DNA of 64,000 nt from an uncultured Clostridia bacterium (GCA_949290575.1 CASESJ010000004.1:48981-112980), one strand, 5' to 3'. Numbered from the stretch's first letter, positions 6,579 to 15,563 are shown. Program-made: numbers and translations. The notes: generated by a model not told the origin, from the letters alone.

Positions 6579-6587
6579 ATACCTCTT

Positions 6588-6663
6588 TGGTGCACCTTCA
6601 GGGACTCGAACCCTGGGCCCACTGATTAAGAGTCAGTTGCTCTACCAACTGAGCTAAAGGTGC
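6588..6663 (-). tRNA. tRNA-Lys (anticodon CTT)
   Basis: Manual cloverleaf. Acceptor GCACCTT/AAGGTGC plus A-CCA, anticodon arm ACTGA-CTCTTAA-TCAGT, T-arm CAGGG-TTCGAGT-CCCTG. Confidence 0.9.
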
Positions 6664-6697
6664 ATCTGTATTATTTACACTTGTGTGCGTTATGACA

Positions 6698-6773
6698 TGG
6701 TGATCCATCCGAGATTCGAACCCGGGACACCGTGATTAAAAGTCACGTGCTCTGCCGACTGAGCTAATGGACC
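6698..6773 (-). tRNA. tRNA-Lys (anticodon TTT)
   Basis: Acceptor GGTCCAT/ATGGATC plus A-CCA, anticodon arm CGTGA-CTTTTAA-TCACG, GTTCGAATC T-loop. Confidence 0.9.
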
Positions 6774-6782
6774 AGAATAATT

Positions 6783-6857
6783 TGGCTGGGGTGGCAGGAT
6801 TTGAACCTACGAATGCGGGAATCAAAATCCCGTGCCTTACCGCTTGGCGACACCCCA
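6783..6857 (-). tRNA. tRNA-Gln (anticodon TTG)
   Basis: Acceptor TGGGGTG/CACCCCA plus G-CCA, anticodon arm CGGGA-TTTTGAT-TCCCG. Confidence 0.9.
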
Positions 6858-6889
6858 ATAATTTTCGCGTGGGGGCGCTGTTTAATTTG

Positions 6890-6966
6890 TGGGGCGGGCG
6901 ACAAGTTTCGAACTTGCTACCTCCAGAGCCACAATCTGGCGCTCTACCGATTGAGCTACGCCCGCC
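6890..6966 (-). tRNA. tRNA-His (anticodon GTG) with encoded G-1
   Basis: 5' GGCGGGCG (extra G-1), discriminator C then CCA, anticodon arm CCAGA-TTGTGGC-TCTGG. Confidence 0.9.
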
Positions 6967-6978
6967 ATAAGTAGTTTG

Positions 6979-7055
6979 TGGTGCGCCTGGAGAGATTCGA
7001 ACCCCCGACACACGGCTTAGAAGGCCGTTGCTCTATCCTACTGAGCTACAGGCGC
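6979..7055 (-). tRNA. tRNA-Arg (anticodon TCT)
   Basis: Acceptor GCGCCTG/CAGGCGC plus A-CCA, anticodon arm ACGGC-CTTCTAA-GCCGT. The T-stem has two G:U pairs. Confidence 0.85.
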
Positions 7056-7087
7056 ATATCAGCATTGCGCCGCGAGCCTTATTTTAC

Positions 7088-7161
7088 TGGAGCGGGTGAT
7101 GGGAATCGAACCCACGCAACCAGCTTGGAAGGCTAGTGTTCTACCATTGAACTACACCCGC
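7088..7161 (-). tRNA. tRNA-Gly (anticodon TCC)
   Basis: Acceptor GCGGGTG/CACCCGC plus T-CCA, anticodon arm CTAGC-CTTCCAA-GCTGG. Confidence 0.9.
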
Positions 7162-7223
7162 ATTCGTCCGCTTCGGTTACAAACGCACGAGGGAAGCACT
7201 TTCGCACAACTCAATGCTAAACG

Positions 7224-7252
7224 ATTATATCAAATACAATTTTCTATGTCAA
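7224..7252 (-). promoter_or_regulatory. Consensus promoter of the tRNA operon (TTGACA-17-TATAAT on the minus strand)
   Basis: The plus strand shows attata at 7224-7229 and tgtcaa at 7247-7252 with a 17-nt spacer, and an AT-rich UP-like region further upstream. Confidence 0.6.
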
Positions 7253-7292
7253 CTTATTTTTAAAACTAATTTTACATAATTTATACAGAAAA

Positions 7293-8144
7293 TTATTTTC
7301 TCTCCGCGAGAAAATCGCACACGGTGTGCGCGGCGATATTGCCCTCGCCCACTGCCTTTGCGTACTGATAAGGTCTGCCCGTGCAATCGCCGGCGGCAAA
7401 CACTCCGTCTATGTTAGTGCGCATCTGTCTGTCGACCGCCACATGTCCGCCCTCGCTCCTGAGCCCCGGCACGAGCGCGGACGGAGCCATTGAACTTTTA
7501 AGCATGAAAATGCCGTCGACATCCAACGTCGTCTTGCGGAAAACCAGCCTCTCCGCACGCATATTTCCCTCGATTGCCTGCGGCATATCCTTGATATAAT
7601 GCACATTTCCGCTTTTTAATTCCGCGTCTTTGTACAGCGGCACGAAGTACACCTCCGCAGCGAGCGAGGCAAGATACTCCGCCTCTTCTTCCATGCTCTT
7701 TGACGTGCAAACGACGGCTATCTTCTTGCCCTTGTACAGCATGCCGTCGCAGGTCGCGCAGTAGCTCACCCCTCTGCCGAGAAATTCCAGCTCGCCGACG
7801 ACGGGCTTTACAGCCTCTACTCCCGTGGCAAGAATTACGCTCTTTGCTTCGTAAACCTGCTGCCCGCACAGCACGCCGATATGTCCGCCCATATCGTACA
7901 CGCCAGTGACCTGCGCGGAGGTAATTTCTATCCCCTCCGCCTCAAGCTGAGACGAAAACGCCTCCTTGAGATGCTCTCCGCTGACCGCGCACAGCCCCGG
8001 ATAGTTGCTTATCTTTTCCGCCGCATTGATTTTTGCCGAAAGTTGAGGGCTGCCCAGAAGCAGAAAATTCTTTCCCCTCGCCTTTAACGTGAGCGCCGCG
8101 GAAATACCTGCCGCTCCCGTACCTATGATTATGCAATCGTACAT
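7293..8144 (-). CDS. Thioredoxin-reductase-like FAD-dependent pyridine nucleotide-disulfide oxidoreductase
   Basis: IIGTGAAG dinucleotide-binding motif, redox CATCDG, C-terminal GVFAAGDC. Lies directly downstream of glpK. Confidence 0.8.
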   Translation of the reverse strand: MYDCIIIGTGAAGISAALTLKARGKNFLLLGSPQLSAKINAAEKISNYPGLCAVSGEHLKEAFSSQLEAEGIEITSAQVTGVYDMGGHIGVLCGQQVYEAKSVILATGVEAVKPVVGELEFLGRGVSYCATCDGMLYKGKKIAVVCTSKSMEEEAEYLASLAAEVYFVPLYKDAELKSGNVHYIKDMPQAIEGNMRAERLVFRKTTLDVDGIFMLKSSMAPSALVPGLRSEGGHVAVDRQMRTNIDGVFAAGDCTGRPYQYAKAVGEGNIAAHTVCDFLAERK

Positions 8145-8162
8145 ATCGCTCTCCTGTAATTT

Positions 8163-9644
8163 TTAATTCTGTCTTGCCGCGCTCACCGCCGAACGCCAGC
8201 CTGCAAGCTTTTTCTCGCGCTCGGGCTCCGCCATATCGGGAGCAAATGCGCGCTCCACTCCGTTCATCTTCTTAAGCTCTTCCACTCCGCTCCACATGCC
8301 GCAGCCCAAACCTGCGAGATATGCAACACCAAGTCCCGTTGTCTCTATAATCTGCGGACGGAGCACCCTGCAATCGAGGATATCCGACTGGAACTGCATC
8401 AAAAAATTATTCGCCGCCGCGCCGCCGTCGACGCGCATTTCGTCTATCCCGACACCTACGTCGCGCTGCATTGCGCGCACTATATCGCTGACCTGATAGG
8501 CTATGCCCTCGAGCGCGGCTCGCACTATGTGCTCGCGCCTTGTGCCTCTGGTTATGCCGACTATCGTCCCCCTCGCGGAGGCGTCCCAATAGGGCGCGCC
8601 AAGTCCCGTGAAGGCGGGAACCAGGTACACGCCCTCGGTTGAACTGACCCGATTTGCACACTCTTCGCTCTCTGCCGCCGAGGAGATAAGTTTCATTTCG
8701 TCGCGCAGCCACTGAACTGCCGCACCGCCGACAAAGACCGAGCCCTCGAGCACATACGGCGGTCTCTGACCCGTTCCCGCGCCGAGCGAGGTTATAAGTC
8801 CGTTTTTACTTGCGACCGCCTCGTCCCCCGCATTCATTAAGAGGAAACAGCCCGTGCCGTAAGTCGTCTTAATCTGACCCTTTTCGGTACAGAGATGTCC
8901 GAACAGCGACGCCTGCTGGTCGCCCGCGACTGCGCGGATTTCAATCTCTCTGCCCAACAGCCGACTGTCCGTTCTGCCGAACAGACTGCCCGAAGGCTGA
9001 ACCTCGGGAAACATTGAACGCGGTATACCGAACAACTTTAACAGGTCGTCGTCCCACTTGAGGGTATGTATGTTGAACAGCATAGTCCTCGCCGCATTGG
9101 TGTAATCCGTGGCGAACACTCTGCCGCGCGTCAGCGAATACAGAAGATAGGTATCCACCGTTCCGAAGCGCAGTTCGCCGCGCTCTGCGCGGGCGCGCGC
9201 ACCCGGGACGTTGTCGAGTATCCACTTTATCTTCGTTGCAGAAAAGTATGCGTCGGCTACAAGTCCCGTCTTTTTATAAATAAGGTCCGCGAGCCCCTCC
9301 TCTTTGAGCCGCTCGCACATATCCGCCGTCCTTCTGCACTGCCAGACGATGGCATTGTATACGGGCTTGCCGCTCTTCGCGTCCCACACGAGAGTGGTTT
9401 CGCGCTGATTGGTTATGCCTATCGCCTCCACTTCCGAAATGTCTGCACCCGCCCTTACGAGAGCTTCGGCAACCACGCCGACCTGCGTGCCCAGAATGTC
9501 CTTCGGGCCGTGTTCAACCCAGCCCGCGCGGGGATATATCTGCCTGAATTCCTGATATGCCTTACCCGCAACCCTGCCTCGTTCGTCGAAGAGTATGGCG
9601 CGGGAACTTGTCGTGCCCTGGTCGAGCGCGAGAATATACTTCAT
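8163..9644 (-). CDS. glpK: Glycerol kinase
   Basis: FGGY-kinase N-terminus MKYILALDQGTTSSRAILFD, 493 aa, collinear with GlpK throughout. Confidence 0.95.
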   Translation of the reverse strand: MKYILALDQGTTSSRAILFDERGRVAGKAYQEFRQIYPRAGWVEHGPKDILGTQVGVVAEALVRAGADISEVEAIGITNQRETTLVWDAKSGKPVYNAIVWQCRRTADMCERLKEEGLADLIYKKTGLVADAYFSATKIKWILDNVPGARARAERGELRFGTVDTYLLYSLTRGRVFATDYTNAARTMLFNIHTLKWDDDLLKLFGIPRSMFPEVQPSGSLFGRTDSRLLGREIEIRAVAGDQQASLFGHLCTEKGQIKTTYGTGCFLLMNAGDEAVASKNGLITSLGAGTGQRPPYVLEGSVFVGGAAVQWLRDEMKLISSAAESEECANRVSSTEGVYLVPAFTGLGAPYWDASARGTIVGITRGTRREHIVRAALEGIAYQVSDIVRAMQRDVGVGIDEMRVDGGAAANNFLMQFQSDILDCRVLRPQIIETTGLGVAYLAGLGCGMWSGVEELKKMNGVERAFAPDMAEPEREKKLAGWRSAVSAARQN

Positions 9645-9849
9645 ATCTTCCCTTCCTTAAAACTTATGCTATTATTATAAACCATTGAACGAAATAATTC
9701 AACACCGCGCCCGAAAAATGTTTGTCGCACTTCTTAACTCGGGCTTTCACTCCTTGCAGTCCGCGCAGCCGTCGAAGACATATTAACGACATTAAAAATT
9801 AATGTGCCGCGCCTCTTATGCATAAGCCGACGCGACTTAAAAAAGGCTG

Positions 9850-9886
9850 AAAAAAAGCGGCGCGCAAGCCCAAGCTTGCGCGCCGC
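9850..9886 (-). terminator. Intrinsic terminator after the purine permease gene
   Basis: GCGGCGCGCAAGC/GCTTGCGCGCCGC 13-bp stem, followed by a T-run on the minus strand. Confidence 0.7.
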
Positions 9887-9903
9887 AAAACAATTTTATC
9901 TTA

Positions 9904-11436
9904 TCAGGTGAGAAGGAAGGTTGCAAGGAACACAATGCCGATTACCCAGGTGGGTATGGAAACTTCCTTGACCTTGCCCGTGCATACGCACACGATGATG
10001 TAAGCGATAATGCCGATACCGATACCCTTTGATATCGAGTAGCCGAGCACCATTACGATGAAGGTGAGGAAAGCTACGATAGCTTCAGCAGCGTCGGACC
10101 AGTCAATCTTGGTGACGGAGGTCATCATGAGGACGCCGACCCAGATGAGAGCGGTTGCCGTAGCGCAGGAAGGAATGAGCTGAGCTATGGGCGAAAGGAA
10201 CATTGCTATTATGAAGCATACGCCCGTCACGAGAGCGGTGAAGCCCGTCTTGCCGCCTGCAGCGACGCCGGAGGAGCTTTCAACGAAAGTCGTAACCGTA
10301 GAAGTACCTGCGATTGCACCCGTGCAGGTTGCGATAGCGTCGGAGAGCATCATCTTGTTCATGTTGATGGGCGTGCCGTTTTCGTCGAGGAGGTTACCCT
10401 TCGAGCATGCGCCGTAGAGAGTGCCGATGGTATCGAACATATCTATCATGCAGAGCGAAAGAGCCGTGGTGATGATGAGAACGACGAGCGTACCGGCATT
10501 GTTGCCTGCTGTGCCGAGGTAAGCGGAGAAGTCAAAGCCTTCGTAGAATACTACGCCTACGGAATCCTTACCCCAGGCAGCGAATGCGTTGAAGGGATTG
10601 GAGAGAGAAATGCTTTCGAAGAGCGATACGCAAGCAGCGTCGTTCCAGGCGCAGCCGAGACCTGCGAGAGCGTAGTAGAGAACAGCCGTACCGAGGATAC
10701 CCCAGAGGATTGCGCCCTTGACATTCTTCTTTGTCATGATGGCGATAGCAATTACGCCGACGAGAGCTACGAAAGGAACAATCATTCCGCCGTAAGTGTT
10801 GGCATCGCTCAAAACATTGAAAGAAACGAAGCCTACAAGAGTACCGGGGTTAATTGAGCCGTCGGCATTGAGAGAAGCGTTGCTGACGATAATGCCTGCA
10901 TTCTGCATACCGATGAAAGCGATAAACAGACCGATACCAACGGGGATAGCGTGACGAACGCCTGCGGGGATAGCTTCGAAAATCTTCTGTCTGAGACCTG
11001 TTGTGGTGAGGATGAGGAAGATTACGCCGTCAAGCAGAGTGAATACCATGCAGTTTGCATAGGAAAGACCCGTGCCGCCGAGTACGAGCGTATAAACTAT
11101 GAATGCGTTTACGCCCATGCCCGAAGCCTGTGCGAGGGGCATTTTTGCAAGGAACGCCATCAGAAGAGTACCTACGATTGCGCCGATTGCGGTAGCTATA
11201 TAAGCCGCACCGTAGGGGTCGTCGCCGCCGATAACCAACTGGAACATTCCTGCGTTGACCATAAGGATGTAAACCATCGCCATGAAAGTCGTGAGACCTG
11301 CGACGATTTCCGTGCGGAAGTTGGAGCCGCTCTTTTTAACGCCGAAGAAATTATCTACCTTGCCAAGGAAACCCTTGGGTGCCTGTTCTTCGGAAACGAC
11401 CTCTTCCTGTTCTGTCTGCTGTGTCTGTTCAGACAT
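9904..11436 (-). CDS. NCS2/AzgA-family purine (adenine/guanine/hypoxanthine) permease
   Basis: FFGVKKSGSNFRTEIVAGLTTFMAMVYILMVN and about 12-13 TM segments. The start is moved to MSEQTQ (11436), which has GGAGG 8 nt upstream. Confidence 0.85.
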   Translation of the reverse strand: MSEQTQQTEQEEVVSEEQAPKGFLGKVDNFFGVKKSGSNFRTEIVAGLTTFMAMVYILMVNAGMFQLVIGGDDPYGAAYIATAIGAIVGTLLMAFLAKMPLAQASGMGVNAFIVYTLVLGGTGLSYANCMVFTLLDGVIFLILTTTGLRQKIFEAIPAGVRHAIPVGIGLFIAFIGMQNAGIIVSNASLNADGSINPGTLVGFVSFNVLSDANTYGGMIVPFVALVGVIAIAIMTKKNVKGAILWGILGTAVLYYALAGLGCAWNDAACVSLFESISLSNPFNAFAAWGKDSVGVVFYEGFDFSAYLGTAGNNAGTLVVLIITTALSLCMIDMFDTIGTLYGACSKGNLLDENGTPINMNKMMLSDAIATCTGAIAGTSTVTTFVESSSGVAAGGKTGFTALVTGVCFIIAMFLSPIAQLIPSCATATALIWVGVLMMTSVTKIDWSDAAEAIVAFLTFIVMVLGYSISKGIGIGIIAYIIVCVCTGKVKEVSIPTWVIGIVFLATFLLT

Positions 11437-11574
11437 AAAAGAAACCTCCATAAAATTTTTTCATGAGTTTTTTGTCGCGACGGCGTTTTCACGCACTTTT
11501 CACACGACAGAACAATATTAACACACGCCCCCGATAAAAGCAAACGCTTGCGCCGTTCATTTCAAATTTTGGCG

Positions 11575-11608
11575 AATAAAAAAGGCGGAAAAAATCAATT
11601 TTCCGCCT
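11575..11608 (-). terminator. Intrinsic terminator after the P-type ATPase gene
   Basis: GGCGGAAAA/TTTTCCGCC stem followed by a T6 run on the minus strand. Confidence 0.7.
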
Positions 11609-11663
11609 GAAGTCGGGCGACAAAACCGCCGCCGCGCAAAATATTTGATATTTTAAACCAATA

Positions 11664-13979
11664 TTATTTAATAAGCCCCGTTCTCATTGCGTTCAGAATG
11701 GCTAATAGCATAACGCCCACGTCGCCGAAGATAGCAATAATCAGCGGGAATTCGGGAAGTGCCACGCCCAGAACCATTATCGCAAGTTTCAGAGCGAGCG
11801 AGCCGACTATGTTCTGGAAGACTATTGAGCGCGTGCCTTTAGCAATTCTCTTCGCCTTGGGAAGAAGGGTCAAATTGTCGGAAACGAGCACGATATCGCT
11901 CGCCTCGATAGCCGCGTCCGAACCCACTTTACCCATGGATACGGCGCAGTCTGCAACCGTCATTACGGGCGCGTCGTTTATGCCGTCTCCAACGTATATG
12001 AGCTTGCCGCGCGATTTGAGCTCCTCCGCCGCCGCAAGTTTTTCGTCGGGCAGAAGTCCCGCTCTGCAATCGTCCAGCCCCACCTCTTCCGCTACGGCGC
12101 GCGCACGGCGTTCGCCGTCGCCCGTCAGCATTACGGAGGAAGTAACGCCGAGCGTCCTGAGCTCCTTTATTGCCTGCCTTGCGTCCTCCTTTATCTTATC
12201 GTCCACCTCTATGACGCCGACGTATTCCCCGCCGAGCGCGACATATATTACCGTCGATACGCTGTCAAGCGGCGCGAATTGAATGCCGTTTTCCTCCAGC
12301 ATAGCCCTGTTGCCGCAGAGCAGAACCCTGCCGTCCGAAAGGCACTTAACTCCCCTGCCCGCAATCTCCTCCGCGTCGGTCACGACTTTATCTGTGGAAA
12401 CATCGGCAAACGCCGCGGCAATGGGGTGAGAGGAATATCTTTCTGCCGCCGCGGCGAGGGCTAAAGCCTCGGGCGACGAGCTGCTCTTCACGGTGAACAC
12501 GCCCTCGGTTATCGTGCCCGTCTTATCGAACGCGGCAACGGACGAAAGCGCGAGTTCGTCGAGGCAGGTAGAGCCCTTTGCAAGTATGCCGAAGCGCGCC
12601 ATCGCGCCTATTCCGCCGAAATAGGAAAGAGGCACGGAAATGACCAATGCGCAGGGGCAGGAAATGACTAAAAATGACAGCGAACGGTATATCCACTCGC
12701 GGTATGTCTCCCACAAAAACGCGCTTTGGAAGGCGCATATCACGGTGGGAACGAGAGTTGCGACCAGCACCGCCGCGATTACGACGACGGGCGTATAGTA
12801 GCGCGCGAATTTGGTTATGAATTTTTCGGGCTTTGCCTTTTTAGCCGTAGAATTTTCTACGAGTTCGAGTATCTTTGCAACCGCCGAGTTGCTGTATTCG
12901 CGCACCACGCGCGCCTTTATAACGCCCGAAATATTTATTGAGCCGGAGAGTATTTCGTCGCCCTCTTCAACCTCTTTGGGCATAGCCTCGCCGTTCAGGG
13001 ACTTCATGTCGAGCGCGGTCTGCCCCTCCGTCACCACGCAGTCGACTGGCACTTTTTCGCCCGCCTTTATTAAAATTATGTCGCCGACAATGAGCTCTTC
13101 GGGCGAGATTACGAGAGTTTTTCCCTCTCTTATAACCGTTGCCGTGTCGCTTCTGAGGTCCATAAGGCGGGCAATCGAGCGGCGCGACGAGCCGACGGCT
13201 ATCGACTGCAACAGCTCGCCTATCTGGTAGAGCAGCATTACGGCAACGCCCTCCATTATGCCGTCGCCCGTGAATATGCCGAGTATGACTGCGCCGATTG
13301 CGGCAATCGTCATAAGAAAGTTTTCGTCGAAAATCTTTCCGCCGAGGATATTGCGCACGGTGCCGCGCAGCACGGGCAATCCGACTGGTATGAACGCGAG
13401 CGCGTACAGTCCGTAGCAGACATAGGTTGCGACATCGCCCGAGAGCGCGAGTTCGACTATGAGAGCGGGTATGAAGAACAGAGCAGAAACCGCTACGGCT
13501 ATTATGTCTTTGAGGTGCTCTTTTAAAATGCCCTTCGCCCTCTCCCTGCCGTCGTCTATCTCGACGTCCTCGAAATGAGTGATTGCATAGACGGCTTTTT
13601 CATAAGCCTCCGCACTCTCCGCTCTTAAAATGACCGTCATCTTCATAAAGTCGACTATCGCCTCTACGCCGTCTATGGCGTTGAGCTCCTCTTCAAGCTC
13701 CCTGCCACAGTTGGCACAGCAGAGATTTTTAATCTTTATGCGCTTGCCCCCGACTACACAATTATCCTGTGCGCAGTCGCAGACCACCTTTACCTCTTCG
13801 AAGTGGTTACAGCAGTCCTCCACGGCGGAAACCGCGCTCTCGTCGCAGTCGAGCACTACTTTTTGTCCGACAAAGTCGACGGAGACATTTTTTACGCCGT
13901 CTATCTTTGAAATTTCCTCCTCAAGCTCGCCCGCGCAAGCCGCACAGTCGAGACCCGTTATCTTTATTATCTTATTCAT
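11664..13979 (-). CDS. cadA: Heavy-metal (Cd/Zn/Co-type) translocating P1B-type ATPase
   Basis: Two N-terminal HMA CxxC motifs (GLDCAACAG, CCANCGRE), SCPCALVIS (CPC), DKTGTIT, GDGINDAP. Confidence 0.9.
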   Translation of the reverse strand: MNKIIKITGLDCAACAGELEEEISKIDGVKNVSVDFVGQKVVLDCDESAVSAVEDCCNHFEEVKVVCDCAQDNCVVGGKRIKIKNLCCANCGRELEEELNAIDGVEAIVDFMKMTVILRAESAEAYEKAVYAITHFEDVEIDDGRERAKGILKEHLKDIIAVAVSALFFIPALIVELALSGDVATYVCYGLYALAFIPVGLPVLRGTVRNILGGKIFDENFLMTIAAIGAVILGIFTGDGIMEGVAVMLLYQIGELLQSIAVGSSRRSIARLMDLRSDTATVIREGKTLVISPEELIVGDIILIKAGEKVPVDCVVTEGQTALDMKSLNGEAMPKEVEEGDEILSGSINISGVIKARVVREYSNSAVAKILELVENSTAKKAKPEKFITKFARYYTPVVVIAAVLVATLVPTVICAFQSAFLWETYREWIYRSLSFLVISCPCALVISVPLSYFGGIGAMARFGILAKGSTCLDELALSSVAAFDKTGTITEGVFTVKSSSSPEALALAAAAERYSSHPIAAAFADVSTDKVVTDAEEIAGRGVKCLSDGRVLLCGNRAMLEENGIQFAPLDSVSTVIYVALGGEYVGVIEVDDKIKEDARQAIKELRTLGVTSSVMLTGDGERRARAVAEEVGLDDCRAGLLPDEKLAAAEELKSRGKLIYVGDGINDAPVMTVADCAVSMGKVGSDAAIEASDIVLVSDNLTLLPKAKRIAKGTRSIVFQNIVGSLALKLAIMVLGVALPEFPLIIAIFGDVGVMLLAILNAMRTGLIK

Positions 13980-14346
13980 CGCAGTCGAGGTGCTCCTTTG
14001 CCACCGAAATCATAGTCATTATATGTTCGTCCGAAACAGAGTATATAATCTGCTTGCCGCTCCTTCTCGCCTTGACTATCCTGTTGTCCTTGAGCGTCTT
14101 GAGTTGGTGCGAGACGGCACTCTGATTGCCGCCCACCGCCTGCGTTATGTGCTCCACGCACAATTCCCCGCAGGAGAGAGCCAGCAGTATCTTGAGCCTC
14201 GACGGCTCGGAAATCGCCTTGAACCTCGCCGCCATTTCGGCTATCTGACCCTCTTCGGGCATGCCCGAGAGCGCGACTTTTACTCGCTCTTCGTGCTCAA
14301 GTCTCTCTTCTGTAGTATCCATAAAACTCCTTTTTGCGCGGCGCAA
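13972..14346 (-). CDS. ArsR/SmtB-family metalloregulator
   Basis: LSCGELCVEHI...SAVSHQLKTLK winged-HTH. The stop overlaps the ATPase start by 8 nt. Confidence 0.9.
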   Translation of the reverse strand: MRRAKRSFMDTTEERLEHEERVKVALSGMPEEGQIAEMAARFKAISEPSRLKILLALSCGELCVEHITQAVGGNQSAVSHQLKTLKDNRIVKARRSGKQIIYSVSDEHIMTMISVAKEHLDCDE

Positions 14347-14451
14347 TCTTCAGCTTTGCATATTCAGCCGCCGTAAAAACCCCGCCGCAAACAATCCATC
14401 ATATCCTCACTGCCCCCTTAAGACCTGAAACGCCTCGGTCTGAGCAATTAA

Positions 14452-14471
14452 ATATGAATGGTTATTCATAT
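14452..14471. promoter_or_regulatory. Candidate ArsR/SmtB operator (inverted repeat)
   Basis: ATATGAAT-ggtt-ATTCATAT upstream of the arsR-ATPase operon. It resembles TGAA..TTCA-type SmtB/CzrA operators. Confidence 0.45.
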
Positions 14472-14527
14472 GATAATATGTATTTTTCATTTTGTCAAGG
14501 GGACGAGAGAAAAAAATAAATAAAAAA

Positions 14528-14557
14528 ACGCGCGGCAAAATTTGCCGCGCGTCATAA
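14528..14557 (-). terminator. Intrinsic terminator after the lipoprotein gene
   Basis: ACGCGCGGCAAA/TTTGCCGCGCGT stem followed by a T-run on the minus strand. Confidence 0.65.
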
Positions 14558-14580
14558 AACAATTTTATGCAGAACAATAA

Positions 14581-15045
14581 TTACTCCGAAGCCTGATATA
14601 TCAAAACCATTATTGAAAGTTCTTCCCCGTTTTCAGCCGAATAAACAACGGTCACATACTGCAATTCATCTTCCGTGAACTCGACATACATTTCCTGATG
14701 TGCTGCAGAAGGAAAAGAGGACTGCGAATAATCGATGTCAAGTACATACCTGCCTTCATCATAATGATAATCGTAAGCGTATGTAATACCTGCGGTAAGT
14801 CTCACACGGAACTCACCGTATCTGAAACACGCGTTCGAACCGACATAGAGAGTGCTTACCGTGGCATCAGAGTCGGGATCGTAGTCGCTAATTTCAGAGC
14901 CGCAAAAATAATAAACCGTATCTGTAGGATTTTCACTCTCCTGCTGACAGGCGCAAACTACCGCACACATAATAATCGCCGAAAGCATCAAAACTGAACA
15001 AAAAAACTTCTTAACCAATGTTATCTCCTGAAAAATCTTTCGCAT
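14581..15045 (-). CDS. Hypothetical lipoprotein
   Basis: Signal peptide with lipobox (AVVCAC). No recognisable domain. Confidence 0.6.
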   Translation of the reverse strand: MRKIFQEITLVKKFFCSVLMLSAIIMCAVVCACQQESENPTDTVYYFCGSEISDYDPDSDATVSTLYVGSNACFRYGEFRVRLTAGITYAYDYHYDEGRYVLDIDYSQSSFPSAAHQEMYVEFTEDELQYVTVVYSAENGEELSIMVLIYQASE

Positions 15046-15074
15046 AAAAAATATATTCTGCAGATATTATTATA

Positions 15075-15118
15075 TAAGAAGATTTCTTCTTAGTCAGGAT
15101 TATTAAGAAGATTTCTTC
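15075..15118. promoter_or_regulatory. Two identical 16-nt palindromic boxes (candidate XRE operators)
   Basis: TAAGAAGATTTCTTCT at 15075-15090 and 15103-15118, each containing AGAAGA-tt-TCTTCT. The second box ends 12 nt before the XRE ATG. Confidence 0.5.
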
Positions 15119-15130
15119 TAAAATATTCGT

Positions 15131-15331
15131 ATGAATATAGGTACGAACATAAAAGAACTGCGCATTGAGCGCGGGCTGTCGCAGGCGGCATTGGCGAAAG
15201 CCATAGGCGTAAGCCAGAAGGCGATAGACTATTGGGAACGGGGCATAAACGAACCGAAAGCAAGTTTTATAGTTATGCTTTCAGATTTTTTTGAAGTGAG
15301 TTGCGACGAACTGCTGCGCAGACAGCCTTAA
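15131..15331 (+). CDS. XRE-family HTH transcriptional regulator (66 aa)
   Basis: LRIERGLSQAALAKAIGVSQKAIDYWERG is a classic Cro/C1 HTH. Confidence 0.85.
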   Translation: MNIGTNIKELRIERGLSQAALAKAIGVSQKAIDYWERGINEPKASFIVMLSDFFEVSCDELLRRQP

Positions 15332-15373
15332 TTGAGCATGTTTATGCAGCTGATCTGTACGCTCCGCAAAAAC

Positions 15374-15413
15374 AAAGCCCGCCCGCAGACAGAACCGTCT
15401 GCGGGCGGGCTTT
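15374..15413 (+). terminator. Strong bidirectional-type intrinsic terminator
   Basis: AAAGCCCGCCCGCAGAC/GTCTGCGGGCGGGCTTT 17-bp stem. Confidence 0.7.
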
Positions 15414-15563
15414 AAATTTATAGGGCGCGACGGAAAAATTTTTCCGCCGCGCCAAGCAAATTTTAAAATATTCATTTTTCCGCCGCAAGGTTTTTAAGCA
15501 CAGCTTTTTGCGCGGATTTTAAAAATAAAATTAATCACATTCAATCAAATTTATTTGCAACAT

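Larger units (their letters stand above)
1..6587. mobile_element. AT-rich mosaic accessory island (LRR cargo, MobV/oriT mobilisation module, retron-like cassette) abutting the 3' end of tRNA-Lys(CTT). The left boundary was not found in the window.
   Basis: Base composition is clearly lower (by eye) than in the G+C-rich DNA right of 7.2 kb. A relaxase and a reverse transcriptase are present. The island ends at the last gene of a tRNA operon. No integrase or att duplicate was seen. Confidence 0.5.

Noticed and set aside
11452-11663. Looked for a purine riboswitch upstream of the NCS2 purine permease
   Set aside because: The reverse-complemented leader has no recognisable purine-aptamer core (no conserved J1-2/J2-3 and loop-loop motifs that I could match by eye). 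An Infernal scan would settle it.
13630-14376. 248-aa plus-strand ORF across the ATPase/ArsR junction
   Set aside because: It is antisense to two well-supported genes, with a Ser/Pro-rich low-complexity translation.
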